Of a stretch of DNA of 64,000 bases, positions 1-13,338 are shown in pieces. The position numbers and the translations under genes are program-made. Positions within the stretch are counted from its first letter, which is position 1; every line of letters begins with the position of its first letter. The stretch is from Lama guanicoe (lineage: Eukaryota): assembly GCA_013239625.1 (NCBI GenBank), contig MU054400.1, positions 4,775,802-4,839,801 on the forward strand, in the 5' to 3' direction. The notes beneath the pieces were generated by a model. The model ran no database searches and was not told the origin of the DNA. It was given only the letters and a program-made list of their open reading frames with translations.

Positions 1-1037
1 TTAATATTCCTACTCTATAAACAAAGAAACTGAGCCTCAGAAAGTAACTCAGCCTATATTCTGAGGTCAGAGTCCAGGTTGAAACCCAGAATGCCTGCCT
101 CCAATGCTTTTTAACTTGAGCCCTTTGCTTCCTTTAGGGATTTCATTCCAGAAACCTTCAGAAGTCTCCAGCTGGCTTTTTACACCACTTCCCTGGGTGA
201 AATGAAATGAAAGATCATCTCCCCCATGAATTTTGAGTGCCAGGCATTCTTTTCCATGAGAATCCCCAGAGCTCCTTTTAAGTTGTTACTTGAATTTGAG
301 GTGAAAACAGACAGCAGATGTTTTGCAGATAGAGTTGGCATTTTGGATGCAAAGGAGGCAGGGCTAATTCTAGAGGAAGCGTTCAGAAACTCCTATATTA
401 TTTATGTGACTTGAGGCAACCGTATGTAACCAAAGAATGGTGTTCTCAAAAACCCCTGATCTACTTAGTAAAATTCAATTCACACCTATTTCACAGATGC
501 AAAAAGGAGGGTATTGTACTGTTTCTTTCCTTTGTTTTGCGTTCCGCGAAGTCCTCAGTTACCTGGGGAGTTTGAATTAGAGTGTGAGAGGTGAGAATGT
601 GAAAACCCTTCAGGACTTCCCCTAGATGAACAAGAAACAGCATTCAGCCCTCCGTGATGACAGTGGAGCACTGAGTTTTAATTTCTGAATTATTTGGAGG
701 CAGAGCCAAGAAGTGGTTGGGCACTTCCCCTCATAGCTTCACAGCACGGTCCACCAGGAGGGTTAGATTTCGAAGAAGAATCATCTCCAGGTGTTGGGGC
801 AACTACTTCAGAATGGGAGCAGATCTGCATTTCTCTCCACATTTTTCTGACCTGAGATTAAAAGTCTTTATAATAGTGCAAGAATGAACCCCTCATTCAT
901 AGGAGAATCTGACAGCAAGACTAACAAAACATCAGTGGTGTCTAATTGTCTTCCCTCTTTGTTGCTTCCTCTCCTTTTCTTGAGTTGCTTTATCCATCTT
1001 GTAAAATTTTGTTTGTAGCCTGTGAGCAGTTACTACT

Positions 1038-1503
1038 TGTAGTGGGTTAAATTGTGCCCCACCCCACCCTCCCGAAAAGCATACAGTGAAGCTCTACCCT
1101 CCAGTACCTCACAATGTGCCCTTGTTCAAAAGCAAAGCCTTAGCAGATGGAATCAGGCTAAAATGAGGCCCTAATGTAGTGCGACTGGTGTCCTTACCTA
1201 AAGGGGGAAACTTGGGCATAGACACAGATATGCACAGAGGGAAGGTGGTTTGGAGAGACACAGAGAGAAAGGCTACGTGAAGACAGAGGATTTGAGTGAT
1301 GCATGGACGACCAAGGAACGCCTGAGGTTGCTGGCAGATCAGTAAAAGCTAGGAAGCAGCAAGGAAGATTCCCCGGTAGGTTTCAGAGGGAGTGAGGCCC
1401 TGCTGATGCCTTGATTTCGAACTTCTAGCTTCCAGATCTGTGAGACAATCAATTTCTGTTTTTTGAAGCCACCCCGTTAGTGCAGCCCTAGTGCACTGAT
1501 ACA
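1038..1503 (+). mobile_element. MaLR LTR (MLT1C/D-like)
   Basis: TGTAGTGGGTTAAATTGTG...GATACA termini and typical MLT1 motifs (ccctccagtacctca, gccttgatttcgaacttctagcttccaga). Confidence 0.8.
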
Positions 1504-1644
1504 GCTGCCTGCACCCAGCCCTTATAAAACACGCACGTAGGAGAAGTAAGATTGAGAATTGCTGTTCATCTGTCAGAGTTAGCGTGACATGACAGTTTCC
1601 AAAGACGGCTGCAGCATCATCTGCTGCCCTCTGTGTCTGCCTGG

Positions 1645-2095
1645 ACCCTTGAAATTTCCCCTTCAAGATGAGTTCTAAGTCCCCTCCCTTGGAATCTGGA
1701 TGGGCTGTGACTCCCTTTTGATGCTCTGCAACTTCTTAGGTAGCTTCCACCCAGTTTGCTGGAACACTTGCTCTGGTGCCCTGAACTGCCATGTAAATGG
1801 TCCACTTGTCTTGAGTCCGCCAAGCCCATACTACCCCAAATGGAGAGACCACATGCAGACAAGAGGCCACATGGAGAGAGGCTCAGACAGTCCCAGATGC
1901 TCCGGCACACCTGGAATTTCAGCTTCAGGCACTGTTTGGTTGCGCCCCCATGACAGACTCTGAGCCAGAGCTGCCCATCCCAACTCTTCCTGGATTCGTG
2001 ATCCATAGAAACCTTAAGAGATAATAAAATGACTGCAGTGTCTTAAGTCGCTAAGTTCTGGGGAGATTTGTTACACAGCAGTTGATAACTGAGCA
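1645..2095 (+). mobile_element. MaLR LTR (MLT1F/G/H-like), approximate bounds
   Basis: 3' end ...atttgttacacagcagttgataactga; internal gccatgtaa and gaggccacatgga motifs. Confidence 0.6.
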
Positions 2096-2624
2096 GGTAG
2101 TGTACTCTGGGCTTTGCATTGGTTGCTTTCTGTTCATTTTAATTTTAAAAAAATGGTTTGCATTTTTACTTCTGACTAAGTAGATTTATATTTAGAGCAG
2201 ATTACAACCACAAAATCTCAGTGGCTTAATATAGTATTTCTCACTTGCTCAAAATCCAATGTGTTGGTAACAGGTTGGGTGGCTCTCCTCCAAGCATTGA
2301 CTCAGGGATCCATATTCCTTCTACCTGATGTCTCTACTGTCCCCAATCCTCCATGGGGTCCTCTGCTGGGTCATCTGTGTTCAGGTGGGCAAAGAGAGAG
2401 GGAAGAGGGAGAGTGGAGGATCGTGTGAGGTATTTCTGGGGCCAGGCCTGAAAGTGGGATGCTGCACTGGCTGGAACTGTTCCTGGACACAAAGGAGCTG
2501 GGAAGCGCAGGTTAGCTGTGCACCCAGGAGGAAAGGTAAGTGGCTGGGAGCATAGCTCTGCTGCCTTCACACACAGGCTCGTAGAACCTCAAAGCATAAG
2601 AGCTGGAAGGAACCCAAGAGATGG

Positions 2625-3305
2625 GCTTCTCCAAGTGTGGTCCACGAGCGTCAGGATCATCTGAGGGACTTGTTAAAATGCAAATTCTGGGGCTCCCCCA
2701 CCTGCTGAGTCAGAACCTCAGGAAGTGGGTTCCAGGGAATTGCATTTGTGCCAGATTCCTCTGATTTGTGTTATGTATGTTGCAGCAAAGTGTGTTACAG
2801 CTCAATGTTGCAGCTCAGTTGTGACAGCAACCTGAATCTGACGAGAGACCAATCAACACTCAGAGGGTTGGAGAACTCAGGTTTATTACACTGGCGGGCC
2901 CAGAGGAGTTAACACTCCAAGCCCTGGACCCCGTCTGTAGGTTTACACAGCCTTTTATAGGCTGCTAGTCCAGGCTTTGCAACATTATATGCAAATAAGG
3001 TGTAACAGAGTTGACTAGTCAGGAAGGAGCTTTTTAGAAGTGGACCAATCAGGAGTGAGCTTTATGCAAATGAGGTGTTACAAATGGACCAAACAGGGAT
3101 GAGCTCAGGGAACCAATAGAATCTTAGGGGTAAGTTCCACTTGCTTAGAAGCAAGCCATTTTATAGAGGCAAAAAGCCAGATAATGCCACCGGGCCAAGG
3201 AACCAGATGGCGCTGGCAGGAAAGTAATGGCCCTGCCTGAGGGTCCTGCTGGTCTTTTTCATGGGGCTTCCCACCTCATGTACACTAAGGTTAGAGAATC
3301 ACTTG
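2625..3305. mobile_element. MER5A-like MITE (2625-2777 plus 3283-3305) split by an LTR and itself inside a MIR
   Basis: ttctccaagtgtggtcc...cttgttaaaatgcaaattct...[LTR]...cactaaggttagagaatcact, with MIR motifs on both flanks. Confidence 0.65.
2778..3278 (-). mobile_element. ERV1-class solo LTR (501 bp) nested in a MER5A-like MITE
   Basis: TG...CA termini; TSD TGTA at 2774-2777 and 3279-3282; minus-strand TATAAAA (2951-2960) and AATAAA (2882-2887). Confidence 0.88.
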
Positions 3306-4802
3306 ACCCAGCTGTTCAACCCTCTCATTTTAGATAGCAATGTGGAGGTCCAGAGAAGTGATGTGACCTCTATACTTTCCTTCCAGCCTCCCACAACCTG
3401 AGGCCAGAGTGGAGTGGGGGGCCTGGGTGCCGAGGTCCAGGCTCTCTTATGTGACTCTGAAGGTCCGCCGTCTTTAAAGCTGGAGTGTGTCCTAATGACA
3501 GTCTGATGTGGCTAGCTTTTAAGGGAGGCATTGGTTGGTAGCAAAAGGCATGGGGAGGAGAGGGAACCCTCACATTTTCCAGAGCTCTTGATGAAAACAG
3601 CCGATGCCTATTAGTATGCCTGCCACACACTTTCCCTGCTAATGCTATAATTTAAAACACTCTGATTCAAAGACCTAATAGAAGAGGTGAATCTTGCTTT
3701 CTAAATTTGCTTCACAGATTGTTCATCTTTCCCTCCATCAATCTTCCTTCTCTTAAGCAAAATGTAAAATTTGGAGCAAAGAGTGGAAGTTTGAGGTTTT
3801 GACTGATATCCTTGTTAACATTATTCTGCTCTATGACCTCAGCATTGTGAGCATTTGAGTTCTGGTTCTGAGCATGTATGAGGAAGCTCCTATGTGAAAA
3901 AAAATCTTCAAGTCACTTTCTGCCTTCTGAGATTTTGCGTGGGGTGGTTGGCAAACAGGAGGTGAATTAACAAATGATGCTTATCGCTATCCCCAGCCTT
4001 TGCTTCAATTGCTTTGATTGATGACTAAAGATTTTTGCAAGTGGAGACTCATGGCTAAAACATCTGCCTTCCCATCTTGGCTTGAAGGACCATGAGAATA
4101 TAAGTAGAGTCTCTAGGGCATCAGGAAACCAGTGATGGGTCCAGGCACTTTGAGATGGGGGCTGTCCTGACCCTCCTGATGTCTAGTTGGAATTTGGCTC
4201 CTAGCACAAGTGATGGTGTGGACCTCATCGTGAACAGCATGGGATTTGAATGGGACCTGCGAGGAGGGTAGATGGAGAAAATCAGAGACAATGCCTGCCT
4301 CATTTCTTTTGGTCTTGATCAGGGCGCTGCCACTTTGCAGTCTGGTCCTTCACTCTGCAGGCTCCAGGGTTGTTCCCCGTTCTCACTTCTGTGGTCGGGA
4401 AGCACGATTGGAGTTGAGTTACTCAGGACAGGAAGACTGAATAGGGAACGAGGTGGCCAGGCGGGGAGAAAGGCATACCTGATTTCCGTCGGCTGAACCA
4501 AGTAAACAGACCCAGTCAAGCTGCTGAGTGTTCTGGTCATCTATCGCTGCGTAACAAACTAGCCCACATTCAGTGGGGTGCAGGGTGGGTTCCCTGGGAG
4601 GCAGACTCAGAGATGGGGAAGGTATGCAAGATGTTGCCTAAGAGCTGCCCTTAGAACCAGGTCTTCCAAGGGAGGGGGAGGAGCAGGAGTGGGCAGAGAA
4701 AGTCATACTGCCTTGCAGCTCAGCCGGCCCTACAGGGTTCTGGAGCCAGAACGACCCTTGAGAGCTGCCCCAGATTGGCCTGAGATGACCTGGCTTTTGC
4801 AT

Positions 4803-5024
4803 CAGAGTGGGCAAACTCACATGTCTTCCAAATCCAGGTGGCCACCTGTTTTTGTAAATAAAGTTTTATTGAAACACGCATGGTTCTACCTCTTCAGCAA
4901 CATATTATCTAAGGCTGCTCTCACACCGCGTGGATAGAGCTGAGCAGTTGTGACAGAAGCTTTATGGCCCATGAAGCCTACGACACTTCGTATCCATCCA
5001 TTTCTAGAAGCGAGTCGACCCCAG
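4803..5024. mobile_element. hAT MITE, MER58A-like
   Basis: ggcaaact...cctgtttttgtaaataaagttttattgaaacac...gtcgacccc. Confidence 0.75.
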
Positions 5025-8000
5025 CTCTGTGGTCCCACAGTAGCCATTGGCTGTGGCCTCCAGGGAAAGGACAGGATGGCACCAGAGGCAAGCCTGCGGG
5101 GCTGGGGCCGGGGCCTGTGCTGATCCCACCCCGCAATGGGGACCACAGGCCCTTCCTCCAAGGGGATCGTGGGCGGTGCTCATGGTGCCCACCCCAGCGG
5201 ATTAAAATGACTCATATTTTGTGGGTCAGGAACTGGGGAAGGACCAGATGGACCGTCTGACCTCCGTGGCCTCATCTGGACCGGAGGGTCCACTTCCAAG
5301 ATTCCTTCCTTGCTCAGTGCTCCTTGGCCTCTTTCTTTATGGGCTGTTTCATCCTCTAGGCTTTCTCCACACCGTGGGGTGGTTTCGGGATCATCACACA
5401 TCTTACATGACGACTTTAAGAGGCAGGATGTGGAAGCCCCGGGCCCGTGAAGAACCACAGCAGAGTGTCACAGCGTCTCAGCTGTGTCTTACTGGTCAGA
5501 GCCATCACAGGGCCTGCCCACATTCCAGGGGGTGGAGCCACAAATGCGAGATGACAGCCCAGAGCAGGTGGCGTGAGATGCTGTTACACCATCTTTGGAA
5601 AATCCGGAATGCCTTTGTGCATGTCCCTTCCCAACTCCACGGTCCCCGCCATCGCGTGGGTAGCTTGAAATGACCCTGGTGGGACTATGACACCTCGAGA
5701 ATGGACTTTGCCCCACCCCAACCCCAGAGAGCCTGTTGTTAAGCATGAACCAAGCACACCACTGCTACTGCGGGAGGACCTGAGGTTTGGAGCCAGACAA
5801 GGAGAAAGAGAGCAGCATTTGCTGACCCCTGAGAGGCTCTCCATGTCCTGGCACCTCAGAACAACTCTATGGGGCATCCCTCATTTTACAGAAGAGGAGT
5901 CCCAGGTACAGCAAGGTTGGGGTAACTGAACCGGGATCTCCGCACCCTCTGCCATCCGCCCAGAGCCTGGAGCCCTCAGGAGAATGAAACAGGCCATTCT
6001 TCATTGACCTGAGGGAAGCTTGGGTTAGACTTGAGGGAGGAAAAGCAGCCAGAGGAGAAGAGCGCAGGCCCGGCCTGGGCAGCCGTGGGGGTCCTAGCAA
6101 GGACTCAGGCCCCCATACCGCCCCTAGCTGTAAGGGCACTGGAGGATGCACCCCAACACCTAGCAGCCGAACCCCAGGAACCTTAGAACATCTTAAAAGC
6201 AGAAGCAGTCCATGTGATCGAGGGGGAGCAGAGAAGCCTGTGAAGGGAGGCGGAGAGGACAGGCGGGCACCGTATTTACAGGAGCACCGCCCCACCCCGC
6301 CCCCACCGCTGCCTCCTGGGAGTACAGTGGTTAAGCCGGACCAGAGGATGCGAGAGGGGGAGGGGGAGAAGCAGGGCAGGAGGGGGGCTTCCAGCCGATG
6401 CCTGACCTGAGGGAGGGGGCCTGGCAGTCTTCCTTTACTGTGGTACTGGTTCCCCTATTGGGCCTCAGCTTCGTGCCTGACCTGCCCGCCACGCGCTTCA
6501 CGTGTGTTTATTATCATGAATCCCCCAAAGCCTCAAAGGAGTAGTCCCTAGCATTCCTGTTTGATGAGAAAATGAGGCCCAGCAAGAAGGAATAACCTTT
6601 CGGGTACAGAATTAAGGTTTCAGTTGGATGCGTCAACGCTGGACCACCCCCCTACCGTGCGGCCCACGATGCTGCAGGCAACTGAGTGATAGCCGTGAGG
6701 GTCAGAGAGCAACGGAGCAAAGAGATGATAGAGCATCTTTCTCCACATTAGTTCACAGTTTACCATTTGTTTCCTCCTTTTGTATCCTGTAGTTGGGGAT
6801 TCCGTCTCCCTGTTTTGTTGGTTTTAAGGAGAATAAAGAAGACAAAAAAGTGAGAAGCAGCAGGCTCCACGGAGTTAAGGGGGAGCCAGTGCAGGGAGGG
6901 TGCAGGGGGGAGACCGCTTCCCGGGGAAAGCTGCTGCACCAGCGACGGGCCTCCCCAACCCTGGGCGGGGCTCCGGCCTTCCTGACTGCCTTAGGCTCTG
7001 CCACACGACACGTGGCAGATGGTCCCAGGGGTGGAGGAGTCACTTCGTCCCTCCCCTCCAGATAAACATCCTGACGTTAAATATCAGAGGGAGGCCTTGC
7101 AGCAGGAGGATGTAATTAAGACTTTGAAAAATGATCCTCAATTTTGAGTGTGCTAAGAATCACCTGGGGTGCTGTTTGAACATGCTGTGTTTCCTGGTCC
7201 CCGATCTTGGAAAAGCATGCCGCAGGTTGGAAATGAGGCCCCAGATCTGCATATTTAAAACACCGTGAGCAATTCTGATGCCAGTGGACCCTGGGCCAGG
7301 CTCAGAAAAACACCGACTTAGAGGGCAAAGAGGCGGGATCTGAAAGATATCTTTAAGACAACGGCTTTTCTGTCGTTAATCTCGTGAGCCCCAGTTTTCT
7401 TATTCTGCGTGTAGATGTGGTAGGTGTGTTTATGGAGCTGTCTTGCTGAAAGAAAGATACTGCACACAGCGCTTATGCGCATAATTGCAGTTAATTATTA
7501 TGTTGTGAATGTATGGTTAAACTCGATAAAGATTAACTTATAAAAACTCTTATTAAAAGTTCCCTGTTATTTGCCATTAATCACTACCATGGATTCTTTA
7601 GGGGAGTTTATGCATTCATCCACTTAATTAAAAAGTTTCGCATTCTTGCTGTGTGCCTGGCCCTGTGCAGGAAGTGGGGACACCGCACAGCGGGCCAGCA
7701 GTGGGGGTGCTGACCGCTGCCCTCCTGGGATTTACAGCCTGGCCAGGGACACAGATTCAGTAAATCCTCAGACAGCCACGGGCACCTCGATTTGGTGTAT
7801 GTTTATTCTTATTAGTTAAGGTATTTGTTAAATTAATTATTAAATGTGACGTTTATAAATACAGGTGTATTTACATATCTACAAATACAAAACATACAAA
7901 CAAAAAAATGTTTTTAATTGACTAACATACAGATTCTGAACTTCCCAAGTGGTCTCTGATTGGGCTAAGAAGATATATTCTATACATTCTGTACAAAGTT

Positions 8001-8053
8001 GGCTTGTAGTTTTTTGTTGTTTTTTAAATCAATGAGTTAAGACTTCACCTCTA

Positions 8054-8440
8054 GACACAGCAGTTGAGGGCAGGACAAACTGGTGAGAACCAAGATGGCA
8101 GAAGATTCAACTTCCAGTTGACCTTGAGCCTCAAGGCACACCCGCAGGTGCCATGACAGTTCCCAGGGGGACCATAAAAGCCCAGAAAGTGGGCAGGGGG
8201 CCCAATTCCTGGAAATCCTCGGCTCTTCCCCAACATAGTTGGGATAATCCTCCTACTCTTTAGCATATGAAATTACCTGACTCGTAAGAGCTAACCTCAT
8301 GGCCTCTCTCCCTCTTGCCGTTTGAGATGGCCGCATTCTGCCTATGGAATGTGTATCTCCTAAGCCCTTCTCCCTTCTGAGGAGACGGACTGCACTCTGT
8401 CTGTGAGTATCTCCCAGAAAAAATCTACTTAAAAAAAAGA
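8054..8440 (+). mobile_element. ERV1 LTR (U3-R)-derived retrocopy with A-tail and 15-bp TSD
   Basis: Homologous to the LTR at 62118-62742. Ends in an A-run after the poly(A)-signal region. Direct repeats AAGACTTCACCTCTA (8039-8053) and AAGACTTCGCCTCTA (8441-8455). Confidence 0.8.
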
Positions 8441-8753
8441 AAGACTTCGCCTCTAAATAAGTTTAATTAAGATGTCTGAAAGATGCATTTCTTCCCCCAT
8501 CGCATTTCTGCTTCCTTCCCTATTTGTGAACCTAGCACATTAGAAAAGTGGTACCTAAGGTGCTTTCAAGCATAAATGCACCTGAATGCAGAATTCTCAC
8601 CCAATGGTGAGAAGCATAGAGAGTTCTCATTGCTCGCTTAGCAGTTTCAACATGTCCTCAGGCTGTTTTCTTGCCAGAAATTTGAGCCAGCGAATCGTCT
8701 TATGAGAGAACAAATCAATATGGGACAGGACTGTCACCAGTAACCTCTGCTTC

Positions 8754-8893
8754 NNNNNNNNNNNNNNNNNNNNNNNNNNNNNNNNNNNNNNNNNNNNNNN
8801 NNNNNNNNNNNNNNNNNNNNNNNNNNNNNNNNNNNNNNNNNNNNNNNNNNNNNNNNNNNNNNNNNNNNNNNNNNNNNNNNNNNNNNNNNNNNN
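8754..8893. other. N-run (140 nt)
   Basis: Direct reading. Confidence 1.
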
Positions 8894-8903
8894 TGATCTT
8901 AAG
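8765..8903 (+). CDS. DAPK1: DAPK1 exon 4 (kinase domain, ...HFDLK); mostly hidden in N-run 8754-8893, start inferred
   Basis: Only 8894-8903 is visible: T GAT CTT AAG (D-L-K) followed by donor GTACGT. Phase 0 joins PENIMLL of the next exon to give the catalytic loop HFDLKPEN. Start is inferred from the recalled 139-nt human exon. Confidence 0.75.
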
Positions 8904-9589
8904 GTACGTTGTTGCTCGATGTAAACCAGATAGCAGCTTACACATACAAGGCCTTGGTTGTTGGCTTGCTAAGAAAAATTGAGGCATCTGATAGAGATAC
9001 GTGCTTTTTTCCTAGATGGGCTTAACAAATGAAATTATCAATATAAACCAGCAAATACGTAATGCATGCTTACTACAGAAATGCCTAGCCATTTTTTGGG
9101 ATTGAGAATTAAGATAAATGATTGCATTTGAGAATCCTTGGGGAAGAATTGAGGGGTCTTACCAGCCAGGTCTTTAAGCAAGGGGGCTCCTGTTGGTTAT
9201 GGGGTATTTTCAGCCAGGAGTAGCCACTGGCTGCCCAGTTTCCTTCCTCATGTGGCTGCAGGGCATACAGGATGGAAGGTGTCTTGATAGCCACTGTCCC
9301 TCTCAGTCAGTCTTCGGCAATCAGTCAAGCCAAACTCTGAGACTGGCTAATTGGGGTCTTTGCCTGGCTGGAGGCGAGGCATTATCGGAGATAGAAAAAG
9401 GCACGGCATACTCCCATCCATCACAGAGGTTATGGTCTCTTTGGGAGGGGAAAGCATACTTACGGGCAACAGAGGTGACATTCAGGGTACAGTCCAAGGC
9501 AGTGAGACAATTATCACAGAGCACCATGACTGATTGCCAAGTGAATGATTCAGATCCCTGGAGCTAGGATAAGACTTAAGAGAAAGGAA

Positions 9590-9996
9590 GATTTTCTCCA
9601 TCTTACTGTAGCAGAGCTGCCAAGACCCCCTCCGGATCCCCCCCCTGCACTCACTGACACATCCCAAAGACGGCTGCTGGGAGCTGGAAGTGCCAAAGGA
9701 TAAATACTCACTGAAGCAGCTCTTAGCAGTGGAGACTGGGGAGATGGTGGATAAATACCCCAACTCCCTCGTGCTTCAGGTGGAAAATTCTGAGTGCTAC
9801 TCTTTCTCCCCAAGTCCTCCAAAGGGACTGCGCTCCAGTCACCCCCACCTTGATAAGATACTTTGTATCAGCTTCCTTCCTTGTTTCTTGTCTCCCCATT
9901 CCTCTAACAAGTATTCCCTGGAGCCCCCTCCCACGTAAGTCACTTGCACCCGATTCCCTGTCAAGGTTTGCTCCTAGGAGAACCTAAACCAAGACA
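9590..9996 (+). mobile_element. ERVL LTR (LTR16-like), approximate bounds
   Basis: ggataaataccccaactccctc motif and 3' end gaacctaaaccaagaca. Confidence 0.6.
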
Positions 9997-10107
9997 TTTA
10001 TTTTTCCCGATGTTCTCTTCCAACTACCCTTTTATCCCTATTTGTTTGGTTGTCTTTCCAGAGGAGAGGAAGACCATTCTGCCATCTTGTCGTCAGCATA
10101 ACATATA

Positions 10108-10857
<750 letters not shown>

Positions 10858-10860
10858 TAG

Positions 10861-10909
10861 CTCCCGAGATAGTCAACTATGAACCTCTGGGTCTTGAGGC
10901 AGACATGTG
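10861..10909 (+). CDS. DAPK1: DAPK1 exon 6 (APEIVNYEPLGLEADMW)
   Basis: ttcctcttag| ... |gtaagg; 49 nt; APE motif; phases 1/2 fit the neighbours. Confidence 0.97.
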
Positions 10910-10995
10910 GTAAGGAGCGTGCCCTTGGTGTTGTCATCTTTCTGATTTATTTTACTGTTGTTCTGACATTGCTTTTCTTTTTGTTTTGTGTCCAG

Positions 10996-11022
10996 GAGTA
11001 TTGGGGTAATAACCTATATTCT
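10996..11022 (+). CDS. DAPK1: DAPK1 exon 7, 27-nt microexon (SIGVITYIL)
   Basis: tgtgtccag| ... |gtaagt; follows an 86-nt intron; completes DMWSIGVITYILL. Confidence 0.96.
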
Positions 11023-11413
11023 GTAAGTACCCAAATCCACAACTCGTGTTCTTTTTCCCTCTTTCTTTGAGACCATCTGTTTTATTGACCATTCTGTGTG
11101 TCATGTTGATCACTTTGGCTTCTGCACGCTTTTTATGTAAACATATTCACTTTACACCCCCAGAACACATTTAGTTTATACTAATTAAACATCTTCTCCT
11201 AATGTGAAATGAGTCATCAGAAAACTGCCACATAGTCACTGAAAGAAAGCCTGGCTGTCCATCACTGCCGAGAAAATAGGAAAGGGTTTTTGTTTTTTTT
11301 AACTACTAAACGCTGTTTTAAATTAACTTTTGAAATGCATCCTTTGCATTAAGCTGAAGCTTTTGTGCATGACAATTTAATGCCTTGTGGAGTGTAATTG
11401 AATTCTAAAGTGA

Positions 11414-11683
<270 letters not shown>

Positions 11684-12050
11684 TGAGTGCCCATTATTCC
11701 TACCGGGCGCCCATCCGTGGCCTCAGCCAGATGAGGGTTAGCACCTGTCCTGTGCGCATGGCCATGTTTATGCCACCCTGGTCGTTTCTGCCTGGCCAAG
11801 CGAAGCCTGCCATGTGCAGCGCTTCAGAAAACTCAGGCAGGGCCATTTGTACCTGCTCAGTCGGTCCCTGTGGGCACCGTGGGAGAATCGCACCACCACG
11901 GATGCTGTTTTTGGCTTTCTTCCATGAAGGAGACCCCCGAACTGCATTTTGTAGAGCCTCTGCTTGGTAGGCCCGGCTGGCATAGAAACAACCTTAGCGT
12001 TTGCTTCTCTGATCATCACAGTTTTTTTTCTTTCTCCTTCCCCCACAAAG

Positions 12051-12096
12051 GAAAAGAATGACAATTCAAGATAGTTTGCAGCATCCTTGGATCAAG
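12051..12096 (+). CDS. DAPK1: DAPK1 exon 9 (KRMTIQDSLQHPWIK), end of kinase domain
   Basis: Pyrimidine tract plus cacaaag| ... |gtaagt; 46 nt. Confidence 0.97.
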
Positions 12097-13248
12097 GTAA
12101 GTTGCATGATGCGGTTGGTCTGGGGATTGCAGGGCATCCTGGGGCCCGTTTGCTCCAGGGTATCACTAGGCGTGTGGGTTCTAACCACGGTCCTGTCTGG
12201 AGTGTTGCAGGTGCTCTTGGTGCCGTGTTTTAAGACAGCTGCCAGCTGAGAGAATCCTATTAGTAACAGAGGTAGAGAGGCGAGGGCTTCCACGGTGCGG
12301 GATTGTGATGAGGACCCGAAGGGCCAGGCCACTCGACAACCATTTCTGATTTGATTGTGGGATATTGGCCCAAACAATATTTTTTGTAATTTTTGAATTA
12401 ATATATGTCACTTAAATACCAGATCAAAGCTGGATTTCCGGCTTCTCCAGAAAAATCTGAAGATCTACCCACACTGAGGCCTCATTCCACAAAGTCACCA
12501 GACACTGGGCATAGCTGCCTGTGTGTCCGCCCGCCTGCGGCCACCCCGTACATGACACCTTTACATCACCTGCCTGCCTCCTGTTGGCATTTGGGCTAAA
12601 GAACTGAAGTTGCTTCACCTAGAGCAGAGAGGACTAAGGGCGGGGGGCATGGCAGCTACAGAATAAAATCATGGAACCGATAAGCAGGTGACAGTAACTT
12701 GCATCACAGAAGTGGGCTTGGGGCAGCTGGAGGACTCCGCCTGGGCCAGCTCCCAGCAGTTGCCTGGGATCCCCTGAAAGGCAACGGTGTCTCCTCTGGA
12801 TGGTACAGCTACGTGGCCTCCTGAAAAAGTTGCAGTAAGAGGGATTTTAATGCCATAGGATAGGCCGAGTTTGCTCACCTCTAGGTCCCAACCAGCTCTA
12901 AAGTGCTTGATGATATTGCGTTCACATGCCTCAAACATGACCTGACCGTGAGTCTCCCCGTTCCCAAACTGTTACGGAAAGTTGTAATTCACAGAGGGCC
13001 CACACCCAACTTGTCAGCTGTCCCCGAAGATCCAGTCTTTTTGTGACTTTATCAAGTCCTTAGCCACAAGAGTCAGCCTCTGGAGACTGGGTTCCTGGAC
13101 CTGGTGTGTAATCCCGACATGTTCTGTTACTTTAGCAAGGTGAACGTGTTAGCATCCCAGATAATGAGAGGTTTCAAAAAGCTGCGACATGTAACACACT
13201 TCTGTCATTGGAGAGCTCTAAATTGTTTTTCTTGGACCTTCATTTTAG

Positions 13249-13338
13249 CCTAAAGACACTCAACAAGCCCTTAGTAGAAAAGCATCGGCAGTAAACATGG
13301 AGAAATTCAAGAAGTTCGCGGCCCGGAAAAAATGGAAA
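13249..13338 (+). CDS. DAPK1: DAPK1 exon 10 (PKDTQQALSRKASAVNMEKFKKFAARKKWK), autoinhibitory/CaM-binding region
   Basis: cattttag| ... |gtaaga; 90 nt, phase 0-0. Confidence 0.97.

Noticed and set aside
6350-6425. G-rich tract as a G-quadruplex element
   Set aside because: Such G-runs are common in this GC-rich locus and nothing else supports a function.
1-8753. Additional DAPK1 coding exon or nested gene
   Set aside because: No kinase N-lobe peptide or other recognisable protein among the ORFs; the region is repeat-rich intron 3.
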